A DNA stretch of 64,000 nt from an uncultured Gammaproteobacteria bacterium (GCA_964424195.1 CAYRHT010000003.1:112396-176395), one strand, 5' to 3'. Numbered from the stretch's first letter, positions 20,397-30,893 are shown. Program-made: numbers and translations. Notes: a model not told the origin generated them from the letters alone.

Positions 20397-21713
20397 ATGA
20401 AAAAAGTAATAATTATTATCGTTCTGAGCTTATTTTTAAGTAATTTACCCTTGAATCTAGTTAAAGCAGAAGTAAACTTCAGTGATATAGAAGTTTATGA
20501 AATGAAAAATGGTGGAGCTAAATTAAAATGGCGTACTGATTCTGCTACTAAAGCAGAGATTTTCTATGGTTTAGATCAAGATAATCTAGATAGATTCATG
20601 GGTTATAGTATTTACACCTATCCACATGAAACATTTTTGAGTGGTTTAGAAAATGATCAAACTTATTATTTCAAGATTAAAGCAATAGAGGAGTCTGGAG
20701 AAACAACAGAATCCTTGATCCAAACTTTCTCTACAGAAGATATGGAAGATACTATTAGACCAGAATTTGGGGATTACGAATTCTTACAAGTCACCGACGA
20801 TGCTGTTGCTCTTTTATGGTATACAGACGAAGATACTGAAGCTATTATCTACTATGGTCAAAATTCTAATGATCTATCAGAAACTACTACATATACTACT
20901 TCTCGAACTAGACATATTAAGTTAATATATAATCTTTATCCTAGTACTAGATATTATTTCAAGATTAAAGCAATTGATGAAGATGAGAATTATCGAGAAA
21001 AAACTGTTCAAGCTACTACTCGTTCTAGTAAAGACTATACTTTAGAAATTAGTAATATTCGTCCTACTACAGTTAATGATGAATTAATTACTCCTACAGG
21101 GGCATCAATTAGATGGGAAAATAATTTAGTTTCTAAAGGCTTACTCTATTATGGTAGTAAAGTCAATAAGATAAATAATAGACTATATAGTGATAATTAT
21201 TTTGATCGAGAGCATCAAGTTGGAATTAGTGGTTTAAAACCAGACACAACTTACTACTACAAAGTTAAATCATATCAAAGTCTCTATGATGAAAGCGAGA
21301 CTTCAAGTATTATGTCTTTTAAGACTAAATCTTTAGATGAAAGTTATCCTATCGGAACTTTAGTTAAGGGTTCTGGTCCTGAAGTTTATGCTCTTAGAGA
21401 AGGTATGGAAAAGATTTGGATTAAAAATGAAGAAGTTTTTAATGGTTTAAATTATCGTTGGAATATGATTAAGAACGTTAGTGAAGATTATTTAGATATG
21501 TATGAAACAACAATTACTGTTGATGATGCTTCTCGTCATCCAAGTGGTAGTTTAGTTAAATATCAAGGAAACTCTACTGTGTTTATGATTTATTATGGTG
21601 AAAAACGACCTTTTTTTACTGCTCAAGCTTTAGAACGAAGAGGTTATTCTTGGGATGATATTATAACTCTACCAGATGATAGAACTTATCCCACTGGTGA
21701 TGAAGTATTTTAA
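20397..21713 (+). CDS. Secreted protein with three fibronectin-III-like repeats and a C-terminal domain
   Basis: Signal peptide. Repeated ...YYFKIKAIEE/D..., ...TYYYKVKSYQ... units. Confidence 0.6.
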   Translation: MKKVIIIIVLSLFLSNLPLNLVKAEVNFSDIEVYEMKNGGAKLKWRTDSATKAEIFYGLDQDNLDRFMGYSIYTYPHETFLSGLENDQTYYFKIKAIEESGETTESLIQTFSTEDMEDTIRPEFGDYEFLQVTDDAVALLWYTDEDTEAIIYYGQNSNDLSETTTYTTSRTRHIKLIYNLYPSTRYYFKIKAIDEDENYREKTVQATTRSSKDYTLEISNIRPTTVNDELITPTGASIRWENNLVSKGLLYYGSKVNKINNRLYSDNYFDREHQVGISGLKPDTTYYYKVKSYQSLYDESETSSIMSFKTKSLDESYPIGTLVKGSGPEVYALREGMEKIWIKNEEVFNGLNYRWNMIKNVSEDYLDMYETTITVDDASRHPSGSLVKYQGNSTVFMIYYGEKRPFFTAQALERRGYSWDDIITLPDDRTYPTGDEVF

Positions 21714-21739
21714 TTAGAATAAATTATTGTATAAAACAA

Positions 21740-21769
21740 AAGTCTCTTCCGAAAAGAAGAGACTTTTTA
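21740..21769. terminator. Bidirectional intrinsic terminator between the FN3 gene and tRNA-Glu
   Basis: Perfect 10-bp stem AAGTCTCTTC / GAAGAGACTT with a 6-nt loop, flanked by an A-run and a T-run. Confidence 0.7.
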
Positions 21770-21790
21770 TATCCTAATAAAATATATTTA

Positions 21791-21865
21791 TGGTATCGCC
21801 ACGGAGAATCGAACTCCGGTTACCAGGATGAGAACCTGGCGTCCTAGCCACTAGACGATGGCGAC
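21791..21865 (-). tRNA. tRNA-Glu (anticodon CTC), CCA encoded
   Basis: Reverse complement GTCGCCATCGTCTAGTGGCTAGGACGCCAGGTTCTCATCCTGGTAACCGGAGTTCGATTCTCCGTGGCGATACCA folds as a cloverleaf. Anticodon loop is TTCTCAT. T-loop is GGTTCGATTCC. Confidence 0.85.
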
Positions 21866-21884
21866 ATAATAACATTGATATATT

Positions 21885-22877
21885 CTAATACTTTTTAAAT
21901 ATTTTGGCAATATCTTTAATACTTTCAACTTGTACTAAATCTTTTCGCATTTCCTTAGCTTGTTTTTGTCCTTTAGAATAAAAGATTAAGTGTTTTCTCA
22001 TTTCAATTATTCCATAATCTCCTTTACTCTTAAAATTTAATTTAGCATGATCCAATGCTATCTTTTTTATATCTTTCCAAGTTATTTCTTTGGACTTACC
22101 TTTTTTTAAATATTCTTTAATTTCTCTAAATAACCATGGTCGGCCATAGAGTCCACGAGCTAAACCTAGACCATCTGTCTTAGTTAATTCTAATGTTTTT
22201 TGAGCTATTTCGGGGTCAGTAAGATTACCATTAGCTAAAACTAATCCTGAAAATTCTTCTTTTACTTTTTTAACCATCTCATAATCAATTTCACCAATAA
22301 ATGGTTTTTCATAAGTCCGACCATGAATCATAATTGTAGTAATTGCTAAGTCTTTAATTTTCTTAACTAAATCTAAAGCAGTTACTTTGCCAATGACTTT
22401 CCCAGAACTATCTTTCTTGTTTATTGAACTTCTAATTTTTATGGAAACTGGTAAAGGAGTATTATCACAAATATTTTTAATGATATTGTAACAAAGGTCT
22501 AAATCTCTCATTAAAGTGACTCCACCACCATGACCAGCTACTTTCCGAGCTGGACATCCAAAATTAATATCAATACCATCAAAACCTAGTTTAGTGACTA
22601 TCTGACTAGCTTTAATGAACTTCTCGGGATCTTTACCAAATAATTGAACTACAATTGGTTTTTCTTTCTTAGAGAATTTTAATAATTCTAATGTTTTCTG
22701 AGAATCATAATGAAGTCCATCAGCAGAAACCATTTCGGTATAGACTACGTTAGCTCCTTGTTTTCTACATAACTCTCTAAAAGCAGAATCAGTAATTCCA
22801 GCCATCGGAGCTAAAGCTAAAATAGGCTTTCCTATAGAAAGCCAAAAGTTATTCTTCTTGTTAATCTTTTTATTCAT
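21885..22877 (-). CDS. dus: tRNA-dihydrouridine synthase
   Basis: LAPMAGITDSAFRELCRKQGANVVYTEMVSADGL motif. Confidence 0.9.
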   Translation of the reverse strand: MNKKINKKNNFWLSIGKPILALAPMAGITDSAFRELCRKQGANVVYTEMVSADGLHYDSQKTLELLKFSKKEKPIVVQLFGKDPEKFIKASQIVTKLGFDGIDINFGCPARKVAGHGGGVTLMRDLDLCYNIIKNICDNTPLPVSIKIRSSINKKDSSGKVIGKVTALDLVKKIKDLAITTIMIHGRTYEKPFIGEIDYEMVKKVKEEFSGLVLANGNLTDPEIAQKTLELTKTDGLGLARGLYGRPWLFREIKEYLKKGKSKEITWKDIKKIALDHAKLNFKSKGDYGIIEMRKHLIFYSKGQKQAKEMRKDLVQVESIKDIAKIFKKY

Positions 22878-24268
22878 TATTTCTTTTTTAAAGTATAGTT
22901 ATCTTCAGTATCTTCAATATCCCAACCTAACTTATTAATTTCATCTCTTAATCTATCAGACTCACTCCAGTTTTTTTCTGTTCGAGCTTCTAATCTTTCT
23001 TCAGCTAAGGTTTTGATATTAGCAGGAATATTTACTTTCTCTAATTTAATATTTCCTAAATTAAGTCCTAACACTTTATCGAATTCTAAAATAGTAGTCA
23101 ACTTATCTTCATTCTTTAAATTTGATTTTAAAACTTCTGAAATTAAAGCTAAAATCTGAGGCATATTTAAATCATCATTAATAGATTCTAATAATCTTTC
23201 TTTGTATTTAGGACTTATAGCTCCTTTTGTATTTCCTAGACTTTGGATGTCAGAATAAAGGTTATTTAAACCATTCTGAGCTGATTCTAGAGCTTCCCAA
23301 GAGAAACTTAAGGGTTTACGGTAATGAGTCATTAAACAGAAGTAACGATAAGCTAGGGGGTTAATTTGTTTATCTATAGCATCTTGTAAGGTAATAAAGC
23401 TTCCAGCTGATTTAGACATCTTGTCTTTATTCAATACTAAGAATTCCCCATGCATCCAGTAATTAACAGATTCTTTGACTCCTAAAGCACAATTATTCTG
23501 AGCCCTTTCATTAGTATGATGAACTGGAATATGATCAATTCCTCCACAATGAATATCAAAATGTTCTCCTAGATATTTAATAGACATAGCTGAACATTCA
23601 GCATGCCAACCAGGAAATCCTTTTTTACCAAAAGCTTTCCATTCCATAATTCTTTCTTCATTAGCTTCAGAGAACTTCCATAAAGAAAAATCATGAATAT
23701 CTTTTTTCTCTCCTAAATCAATTCTCTTACCAGCTTGAAGTTCTTGGCCATCTAAAAGAGCTAGCTTACCATACTCAGGATATTTAGTTGTATCAAAGTA
23801 GATTCCATCTTTAGTTTCATAAGTATATCCTTTTTTAGTAAGTATTTTAACTAATTTAATCTGTTCTTTGATATGTTTAGTAGCCTTAGTGTATCTATTC
23901 GGTTCTTTAATATTTAACTTTTTTAAATCTTCTTGAAAAGCTCTGGTATATTTCTGAGCTAGTTTCATCATTGATCTCTTACTGGGCTCTAGATTTTCTC
24001 TCTTCAAAGCTTTCATCATCTTGTCTTCACCTTCATCAGCATCAGAAACTAGATGTCCAATATCAGTAATATTCATGATATGTTTAACTTTGTAGTTATT
24101 GTATTCTAAAGTCCTTCTTAGAATGTCTTCAAAGATATATGTTCGCATATTACCAATATGTTGATAGTCATAGACTGTTGGACCACAACAATACAAACCC
24201 ACTTTTGGTGAGTTGATTGCTTTAAATTCTTCTTTTTTTCTAGTTAAAGTATTGTAAAGGTATAGCAT
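22877..24268 (-). CDS. cysS: Cysteine--tRNA ligase
   Basis: CGPTVYDYQHIGN (HIGH motif) and KMSKS motif. Confidence 0.95.
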   Translation of the reverse strand: MLYLYNTLTRKKEEFKAINSPKVGLYCCGPTVYDYQHIGNMRTYIFEDILRRTLEYNNYKVKHIMNITDIGHLVSDADEGEDKMMKALKRENLEPSKRSMMKLAQKYTRAFQEDLKKLNIKEPNRYTKATKHIKEQIKLVKILTKKGYTYETKDGIYFDTTKYPEYGKLALLDGQELQAGKRIDLGEKKDIHDFSLWKFSEANEERIMEWKAFGKKGFPGWHAECSAMSIKYLGEHFDIHCGGIDHIPVHHTNERAQNNCALGVKESVNYWMHGEFLVLNKDKMSKSAGSFITLQDAIDKQINPLAYRYFCLMTHYRKPLSFSWEALESAQNGLNNLYSDIQSLGNTKGAISPKYKERLLESINDDLNMPQILALISEVLKSNLKNEDKLTTILEFDKVLGLNLGNIKLEKVNIPANIKTLAEERLEARTEKNWSESDRLRDEINKLGWDIEDTEDNYTLKKK

Positions 24269-24271
24269 AAT

Positions 24272-25195
24272 TTAATCCATCCACTTTTTCTTTTTAAAAT
24301 ATATCCAGAGAGCAAACATACAAAAAATCATAATTCCACCAGCAAACCAGAACCCTAAAGGATGTTTTTGAAAAGGAATTAAGTAATTCATTCCAAAGAT
24401 AGAAGCTAAGAGGGTAGCTGGTAGTAGAATGACTGAAATAACAGTCAAAACCTTCATAGCTTGATTTAGTTTAAATGATATTAATGATTCATTGGTATTA
24501 TGAACAGCTTCAACATTTTCTTTAAGATTTTCTAATATCTCCCAGATTTCTTTAGCTTGGTCTAAAGTATTAGCAAAGTAGATATTTAATTGATCTTTCA
24601 TAAAGTCTTTATGACTCATTTTACCTAGCTTTTTAATAACATTTTTGTGAGACTGAACACTTTTTCGATAATTAACAATATTTCTCTTGGTAATTAATAT
24701 CTCTCTAACCATTTGTTTTTCACGGTTATCAAAGATTTGTTTTTCAATATCTCTTAAATCATGACTAACATGATCTAGAATAGGGAAACAATATTTTTGC
24801 AGAGAGTTTAGGATCTCATAAAGTAAAAAAGTAACATCTTCATTAAAGTATTTTTCTTTATTCCTGTTATTCAACTGACAAGATTCAAAGATTTCATTTA
24901 AAGGAGTTAAATTTCCATCACTCAGAGTAATTAAATAGTCTTTACCAATGAAAATATCAACTTCTGAAAGAGATATTCGTCTAGTTTTTCTATTAAAAAT
25001 TGGATAGTTAAGAATTATGAAAAGATAATCATCATATTCATCTAATTTAGCTCGAAGAGTTGGATTAGAACAATCTTCTAAATCCAAAGGATGAAATTTA
25101 TAGTTTTGTTTTAAATATTCAATTGAACCAGTATTAGGCTTACTAATATTAACCCAAGTGAAATTTTTATTTTTTACTTTTTGTATTAAACCCAT
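24272..25195 (-). CDS. corA: CorA-family magnesium/cobalt transporter
   Basis: C-terminal two TM helices with FGMNY (GMN motif). Confidence 0.85.
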   Translation of the reverse strand: MGLIQKVKNKNFTWVNISKPNTGSIEYLKQNYKFHPLDLEDCSNPTLRAKLDEYDDYLFIILNYPIFNRKTRRISLSEVDIFIGKDYLITLSDGNLTPLNEIFESCQLNNRNKEKYFNEDVTFLLYEILNSLQKYCFPILDHVSHDLRDIEKQIFDNREKQMVREILITKRNIVNYRKSVQSHKNVIKKLGKMSHKDFMKDQLNIYFANTLDQAKEIWEILENLKENVEAVHNTNESLISFKLNQAMKVLTVISVILLPATLLASIFGMNYLIPFQKHPLGFWFAGGIMIFCMFALWIYFKKKKWMD

Positions 25196-25324
25196 TTTAA
25201 GATTTTTATTTTTTAATTCATTTTAATTATATCATCCAATTCTAAAATATGCTATAATTATTTTAGTTAAAAGTTTCAAATCTAAAATTGAAATTGTTTT
25301 GTTTTAAATTTTTTAATTAAAATT

Positions 25325-25828
25325 ATGCCAGAAATACAAAAAAGACCAGAATCAAATTTAAATGATTTAGATCATCAAGAAGTATCATTATCTGAACAAG
25401 AACAAAAAGAAAATATACCAAGTTCGGAAAAAGTTATTGAGAAAGATGTTTCCTTAGATGATAAAAAGTCTGAAGATCAATCTCAAAGTAGCACTCAGGT
25501 TTCTGAAAATCAATCTCAGACTTCAAATACTCCTATAACTACTTCTTTAAAAGAAGATATTGATGATATTTTAGAAGAAGGTCTAGAAGATATATATTTA
25601 AATATGTCCAAAGAAGAGCAAAAGAAATTTAAAATAAAGGGTGAAGAAACTACTAAAATAGTACTTAGTCTTTTAGGTGAAACAAAAGTTAGAGTTAAAA
25701 AAATAGTCCAAGCTATTGTAGAATGGTTAAAAATGATTTCCGGAGTTAATAAGTTTTTCATTAAACAAACTGCTAAAATAAAAACAGATAAAATATTAGA
25801 TGCTAAAAAAGAGTTATTAGAAAAGTAA
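25325..25828 (+). CDS. Hypothetical acidic, S/Q/E-rich protein
   Basis: ORF with an extended -10 (TGCTATAAT, 25250-25258) upstream. Low-complexity acidic N-terminal half. Confidence 0.5.
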   Translation: MPEIQKRPESNLNDLDHQEVSLSEQEQKENIPSSEKVIEKDVSLDDKKSEDQSQSSTQVSENQSQTSNTPITTSLKEDIDDILEEGLEDIYLNMSKEEQKKFKIKGEETTKIVLSLLGETKVRVKKIVQAIVEWLKMISGVNKFFIKQTAKIKTDKILDAKKELLEK

Positions 25829-25859
25829 TTCATTAGCCTAATTAAAATAAAAATAAAAT

Positions 25860-28349
25860 ATGTATTTTCAAATTAACAATGTTCTAATACCCCTATACTT
25901 TTTTATTATTCCAGTGATATTAATTTTTTTATCACTTTTTATTTTTCTAAAATTTTTCCTAAAAAGGAAGATAGATTCTGCTTTTTCTTTAAAACTACTA
26001 AAAGTTAGAGTTCCGAGAATTAGTTCATCTAAAGATGAAGAGTCTTTACAAAAAGATAATCAGGAGAAAATCAAGGAGCAAATTGCTGCTGTAGAGAATC
26101 TCTACAGTACTTTAGGTGGTTTAAAAGCTCAGAGAGGTTTAAAAGGACTTTTAAAAACTAGAGATGATCATTTTTCTTTTGAAATAGTTTCTCATAAAGG
26201 ACAAATATTCTTCTATATCGGAGTTCCAATTAATAATGTTCATTTCTTTCAAGAAAGAATTCAAGCTGTCTACCCAGATGCGGAAATAACAGAAATTGAA
26301 GACTATAATATTTTTAGTCCTCAAGATACTGTGATTGGAGCAAGAATGACTCTAAAAGAAAACTATGTTTTTCCTTTAAAAACTTATAAAAATATTGAAA
26401 TTGATCCTTTAGATTCATTAACTAATTCATTAACTAAGTTAAGTAAAGAAGATGGAGCTGTAATTCAACTTATCACCCGAAGTGCTCATCGTCGTTGGCA
26501 TACTAAGAGCAGTATTTTTACTAGAACTGTTTCTAAAGGTAAAAGCATTGCTTATGCTAAGAAACTCTCTGGTATGAGAGGAGTTTTTGGTATTCTTTCT
26601 GTTTGGTTTGGTGGTTCTGGTGGTTTCTTTCAGACAACAAAGAAAGATGATCCTTTAAAGAAAACAGATGAAAATGTTCAGCTTTCTCAAATGGAAAATG
26701 AAATGATTAAAGGTGTGGAAGAAAAGAATTCTAAAGCTGGTTTAGATGTTAATCTTCGAATCATTGTTAGTTCTCATAATGAAGCTTTAGCTAAAACTTA
26801 CTTAGATAATATTATTAATTCTTTTTCTCAGTATAATCTCTATCAATATGGTAATTCTTTAAGAAGTTCTCGAGGAGCTCAGAATCTCTTAATTAATGAT
26901 TTCATATATCGAAACTTTAATGAAAAACATAAATTAATATTAAATACTGAAGAGCTAGCTAGTCTCTATCATTTACCATTATCATCTACTAGTACTCCTA
27001 ATATATCTTGGTTAGAAGCTAAAACAGCTGTAGCACCTAGTAATATGCCAGGAGAAGGTTTAACTCTAGGTGAAAGTGTTTATCGAGATACTAAAACGAC
27101 AGTAAAGATTAAGGACTTGGATCGGAATAGGCATATGTATGTGATTGGTAAGTCTGGTACTGGTAAATCATATTTTCAAGTTAATATGGCTATTCAAGAT
27201 ATTCAGAATGGAGATGGAGTTTGTGTTTTAGATCCTCATGGAGATTTAATTGAAGACATTCTTAAGCATATCCCTAAAGAAAGAATTGAAGATGTAATTC
27301 TTTTTGATCCTTCAGATACTGAAAGACCTCTAGGAATTAATATGTTAGAATTTGATACTCAAGAACAGAAAACCTTTGTAATTAATGAAATTCTAAAGAT
27401 ATTTGATAAACTCTATGATTTAAAAGCAACTGGTGGTCCAATGTTTGAACAATATATGCGGAATGCTATTCTTTTAATTATGGAAGATATAGATTCGGGA
27501 GCTACTTTATTAGAAATTCCAAGAGTATTAGCAGATGAAGATTTTAGAAAATTTAAGCTTTCTAAATGTAATGATTATTTAGTAAAAGACTTTTGGGAGA
27601 AACAAGCTCAAAAAGCTGGTGGAGAAGCTGCTTTAGCTAATATGGTTCCCTATATTACTAGTAAATTAACTCCTTTTATCTCCAATGACATTATGCGACC
27701 AATTATTTCTCAACAAAAGTCTTCTTTTAATTTTAGAAAGGTAATGGATGAAAAGAAGATATTATTAATCAATTTATCTAAAGGTAAAATTGGAGAATTG
27801 AATAGTAATTTAATTGGTATGGTTTTTGTTGGTAAGATACTAATGTCAGCTCTATCCAGAACTGATGTTCCTCAAGAAAAAAGAAATGATTTCTATCTCT
27901 ATATTGATGAGTTTCAGAACTTTATCACCGACAGTATTGCTGTAATCTTGTCAGAAGCTAGAAAGTACAAATTAAATTTAACAATTGCTCATCAATATAT
28001 ATCTCAATTAATTGAAAAAGGAGATGAAAAGATTAAAGATGCTGTTTTTGGTAATGTTGGAACTTTTGTTTCCTTTCGAATTGGTGTCAAAGATGCTGAA
28101 ATAGTAGCTAAGCAATTTGCTCCAGTATTTAGTGAATATGATTTAATTAATGTCCCAGCCTTTAATGCCTATATCAAACTACTAATAGATAATCAAAATC
28201 CACCAGCATTTAGTATGCAGACTTTAACTAGACCAAAATTAGAGAAAGATTATGTAAAAGAAATAAAAGAATTATCTCGATTAAAGTATGGTCGAGATCG
28301 TCAGGTAGTTGAAAATGAGATTAAAGAGAGAATGAAAATGGGAACTTAA
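25860..28349 (+). CDS. T4SS-type P-loop ATPase (VirB4/VirD4/HerA-FtsK superfamily) with N-terminal TM helix
   Basis: N-terminal TM helix. About 400-aa N-terminal domain. Walker A VIGKSGTGKS followed by VLDPHGDL. Walker B LYIDEFQNF. Confidence 0.7.
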   Translation: MYFQINNVLIPLYFFIIPVILIFLSLFIFLKFFLKRKIDSAFSLKLLKVRVPRISSSKDEESLQKDNQEKIKEQIAAVENLYSTLGGLKAQRGLKGLLKTRDDHFSFEIVSHKGQIFFYIGVPINNVHFFQERIQAVYPDAEITEIEDYNIFSPQDTVIGARMTLKENYVFPLKTYKNIEIDPLDSLTNSLTKLSKEDGAVIQLITRSAHRRWHTKSSIFTRTVSKGKSIAYAKKLSGMRGVFGILSVWFGGSGGFFQTTKKDDPLKKTDENVQLSQMENEMIKGVEEKNSKAGLDVNLRIIVSSHNEALAKTYLDNIINSFSQYNLYQYGNSLRSSRGAQNLLINDFIYRNFNEKHKLILNTEELASLYHLPLSSTSTPNISWLEAKTAVAPSNMPGEGLTLGESVYRDTKTTVKIKDLDRNRHMYVIGKSGTGKSYFQVNMAIQDIQNGDGVCVLDPHGDLIEDILKHIPKERIEDVILFDPSDTERPLGINMLEFDTQEQKTFVINEILKIFDKLYDLKATGGPMFEQYMRNAILLIMEDIDSGATLLEIPRVLADEDFRKFKLSKCNDYLVKDFWEKQAQKAGGEAALANMVPYITSKLTPFISNDIMRPIISQQKSSFNFRKVMDEKKILLINLSKGKIGELNSNLIGMVFVGKILMSALSRTDVPQEKRNDFYLYIDEFQNFITDSIAVILSEARKYKLNLTIAHQYISQLIEKGDEKIKDAVFGNVGTFVSFRIGVKDAEIVAKQFAPVFSEYDLINVPAFNAYIKLLIDNQNPPAFSMQTLTRPKLEKDYVKEIKELSRLKYGRDRQVVENEIKERMKMGT

Positions 28350-28465
28350 GTTTAGTATTTAACAATTCTCTTAATTTATTGTATAATATAGGAGAAAATA
28401 GAAACAAAAATAAATACAAAAATACAAAGGTTTTTAAAATAAAAATACAAAAAGAAAACAAAAAT

Positions 28466-29077
28466 ATGTTTAATAAGTTTGATGAGTTAAAAGACATCAT
28501 CGCTAAAATAGAATTAGAATTAAATAAAGCTAAGTCAATTTTTGATGAGTTAGGCGTTGATACTACTTCTAGTGTCAACGATTTTAGTTCTAAAGCTCAA
28601 TCTGTTGGTTCAGAAAAGATAGAAGGTGGTAATAAAGTAGTCGAAGGTGTTTTTGATGGTCAACAAATGATAGGTCCTGATGGTAAAAGGTATTCTATTC
28701 CAGCTAATTACTGTTCTAAATCAAAGTTAGTAGAAGGAGATATTTTAAAGTTAATTGTAAAGCCAGATGGTGGATTTATATACAAACAGATTGGTCCAAT
28801 TGAAAGAAAGAGGTTGAAAGGTATTCTAAGTAAAGATCCACTTACTGGAGAATTTAAAGCTCATGCTGGAGATAAAGAATACAAGCTCTTAAAAGCTTCT
28901 GTTACCTATTTCCATGGTGATGCTGATGATGAAGCTGTAATCTTAGTTCCTGAAGATGGTGAATCAGTTTGGGCAGCTGTAGAGAATATTATTAGTAAAC
29001 TAAATGCTAATAATAACCCAGAAGATGAAGGTGAATCAGATACTTATGATAATGATTTAAATGAATTTGATATTTAG
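28466..29077 (+). CDS. Hypothetical protein with acidic C-terminus. Start moved to the ATG at 28466.
   Basis: The 28379 ATG of the long ORF lies inside an extended -10 promoter (TTGTATAAT, 28378-28386). The next in-frame ATG is at 28466. Confidence 0.5.
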   Translation: MFNKFDELKDIIAKIELELNKAKSIFDELGVDTTSSVNDFSSKAQSVGSEKIEGGNKVVEGVFDGQQMIGPDGKRYSIPANYCSKSKLVEGDILKLIVKPDGGFIYKQIGPIERKRLKGILSKDPLTGEFKAHAGDKEYKLLKASVTYFHGDADDEAVILVPEDGESVWAAVENIISKLNANNNPEDEGESDTYDNDLNEFDI

Positions 29078-29211
29078 TTAGTTTTTAAATATGTTTGAGT
29101 TAAAAGAACCATATTAAGTTGGTTTTTTTATTTTACTAAAAGTTATACCCATCTTGTAATTAATATTCATTTAAAGTAAAATTATTTTAGATTCAAAAAT
29201 TTAAAAAACAA

Positions 29212-30822
29212 ATGAGCGAAACACTATATCGAAAACATCGGCCTCAATTCTTTAAAGAGATAATTGGTCAAGAACATATTAAAATTACTCTTCAAAATGA
29301 AATTGAGAATAACAAAACAGCTCATGCTTATCTTTTTTCTGGTCCTCGAGGAATTGGTAAGACAACTATGGCTAGAATCTTTGCTAAATCAATAAATTGT
29401 AAAGTTAAGAAAGCTAATGAATTTGAACCTTGTAATGAATGTGATTCTTGTAAATCTATTACTGAAGGAAGTAATTTAGATATAGTAGAAATAGATGCTG
29501 CTTCTAATCGAGGTATTAATGAAATTAGAGAATTAAGAGAAAGAATTAAATATGCTCCTAGTAATGGTGAATACAAAGTATTTATCATTGATGAGGTTCA
29601 CATGTTAACCATTGAAGCTTTCAATGCTTTGTTAAAAACTCTAGAAGAACCTCCAAAACACGCTATCTTTGTCTTAGCTACTACTGAATTACATAAATTA
29701 CCAGTAACCATAGTATCTCGTTGTGAAAGATTTGATTTCAAGGTAGTTGATATTGAAAAATTAAGAGCTCATTTAAAGAATCTTTCTACTAAAGAAAAGA
29801 TTAAAGTTAGTGATAATGTTTTAGATAAAGTAGCTAGATATAGTCAGGGATATGTTCGAGATGCATTATCAATGTTAGGACAAGTTCTGTCTCTAGCAGA
29901 GAAGAACGAAGTTAATGATGATACTGCTAGTTTAGTAATGCCTAAATCAGATTCTCAGTTAATAGTTGATTTAATTGATAATATTGTTGATGAAAAGTTT
30001 GATTCAGCTATTAGGAATTTAAATACTTTAGTAGTTGATGGAATTAATTTAAGATATTTTACTGAAGAGTTAATTAATTATTTAAGAAAAGTTCTCTTAG
30101 TTAAAATATCTGGAGCTTCAGAAAAATATTTCTTTGATATTGAAAAAGAAGTTGAAGAAAAGATAATTGCTCAATCCGAGAAACTTACTTTAGAAATCTG
30201 GCATGGTATTCTCCAAGAATTCTACAATATCTTTGAGTATCTTGATAATGATGGATTTAAACAATTGCCTTTAGAAATGGCAGTAATATCTATTAAGAAT
30301 AAGTATTTTAAAGATAAGCCTATAGAAGTAGAACAAAATCCCCTGACACCAACTAAAAATGATTCTAATATAGAAAAAGAGGATCAGGACTCAGTAAAAA
30401 AAAACGATAAAATAGTAAAAAAAGAAGAAATTAAAGAAGTTCCAGTTCAGAATATAGATGTTTCTGTAGCAGATGTGATTAAAATCTGGTCTCAATTACT
30501 AATTAACCTTAAAGATTACAACCATTCTTTGTCAGCTTTTGTAAAAGTAGGACATCCCTTAGAAATTAAAGGAAATAGATTGCACTTAGGTTTTAAATTT
30601 AAGTTTCATTTAGATCGAGTATCCCAAGATGAATCTAAAAAGACAGTAGAAGATATCTTACAAAGCTTACTAAATACTCAAATATTAATCTCCTGTGAAT
30701 TAGATGATAATTATGAGAAGAATCATGAAAAGATGACTTCTTCTATCTACAAAGAAAAAGGTGAAGACAATGTTATGATTAGTAATTTAATTCATAATTT
30801 TGGTGGGAAAGTCGTTAATTAA
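29212..30822 (+). CDS. dnaX: DNA polymerase III subunit gamma/tau
   Basis: GPRGIGKTT Walker A, clamp-loader Zn module CNECDSC, DEVHML, SRC motif. Confidence 0.95.
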   Translation: MSETLYRKHRPQFFKEIIGQEHIKITLQNEIENNKTAHAYLFSGPRGIGKTTMARIFAKSINCKVKKANEFEPCNECDSCKSITEGSNLDIVEIDAASNRGINEIRELRERIKYAPSNGEYKVFIIDEVHMLTIEAFNALLKTLEEPPKHAIFVLATTELHKLPVTIVSRCERFDFKVVDIEKLRAHLKNLSTKEKIKVSDNVLDKVARYSQGYVRDALSMLGQVLSLAEKNEVNDDTASLVMPKSDSQLIVDLIDNIVDEKFDSAIRNLNTLVVDGINLRYFTEELINYLRKVLLVKISGASEKYFFDIEKEVEEKIIAQSEKLTLEIWHGILQEFYNIFEYLDNDGFKQLPLEMAVISIKNKYFKDKPIEVEQNPLTPTKNDSNIEKEDQDSVKKNDKIVKKEEIKEVPVQNIDVSVADVIKIWSQLLINLKDYNHSLSAFVKVGHPLEIKGNRLHLGFKFKFHLDRVSQDESKKTVEDILQSLLNTQILISCELDDNYEKNHEKMTSSIYKEKGEDNVMISNLIHNFGGKVVN

Positions 30823-30844
30823 ATAATTTATTATTTTAGATAAC

Positions 30845-30872
30845 AAAAAATCGGAACTAATCCGATTTTTTT
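30845..30872. terminator. Bidirectional intrinsic terminator between convergent dnaX and the DEAD-box helicase gene
   Basis: AAAATCGGA / TCCGATTTT 9-bp stem, ACTAA loop, T-run. Confidence 0.7.
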
Positions 30873-30893
30873 ATTTAAACTAATTTATATATA

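Noticed and set aside
28379-28465. Longer N-terminus (start at 28379) for the 28466..29077 protein
   Set aside because: The 28379 ATG lies inside the extended -10 promoter TTGTATAAT (28378-28386). The extra 29 aa are K/N low-complexity and are more plausibly a 5' leader.
29078-29211. SRP RNA (ffs) in the classic position upstream of dnaX
   Set aside because: The spacer is AT-rich with only a short terminator hairpin (29118-29146). It has no GC-rich helix or the conserved SRP domain IV motif.
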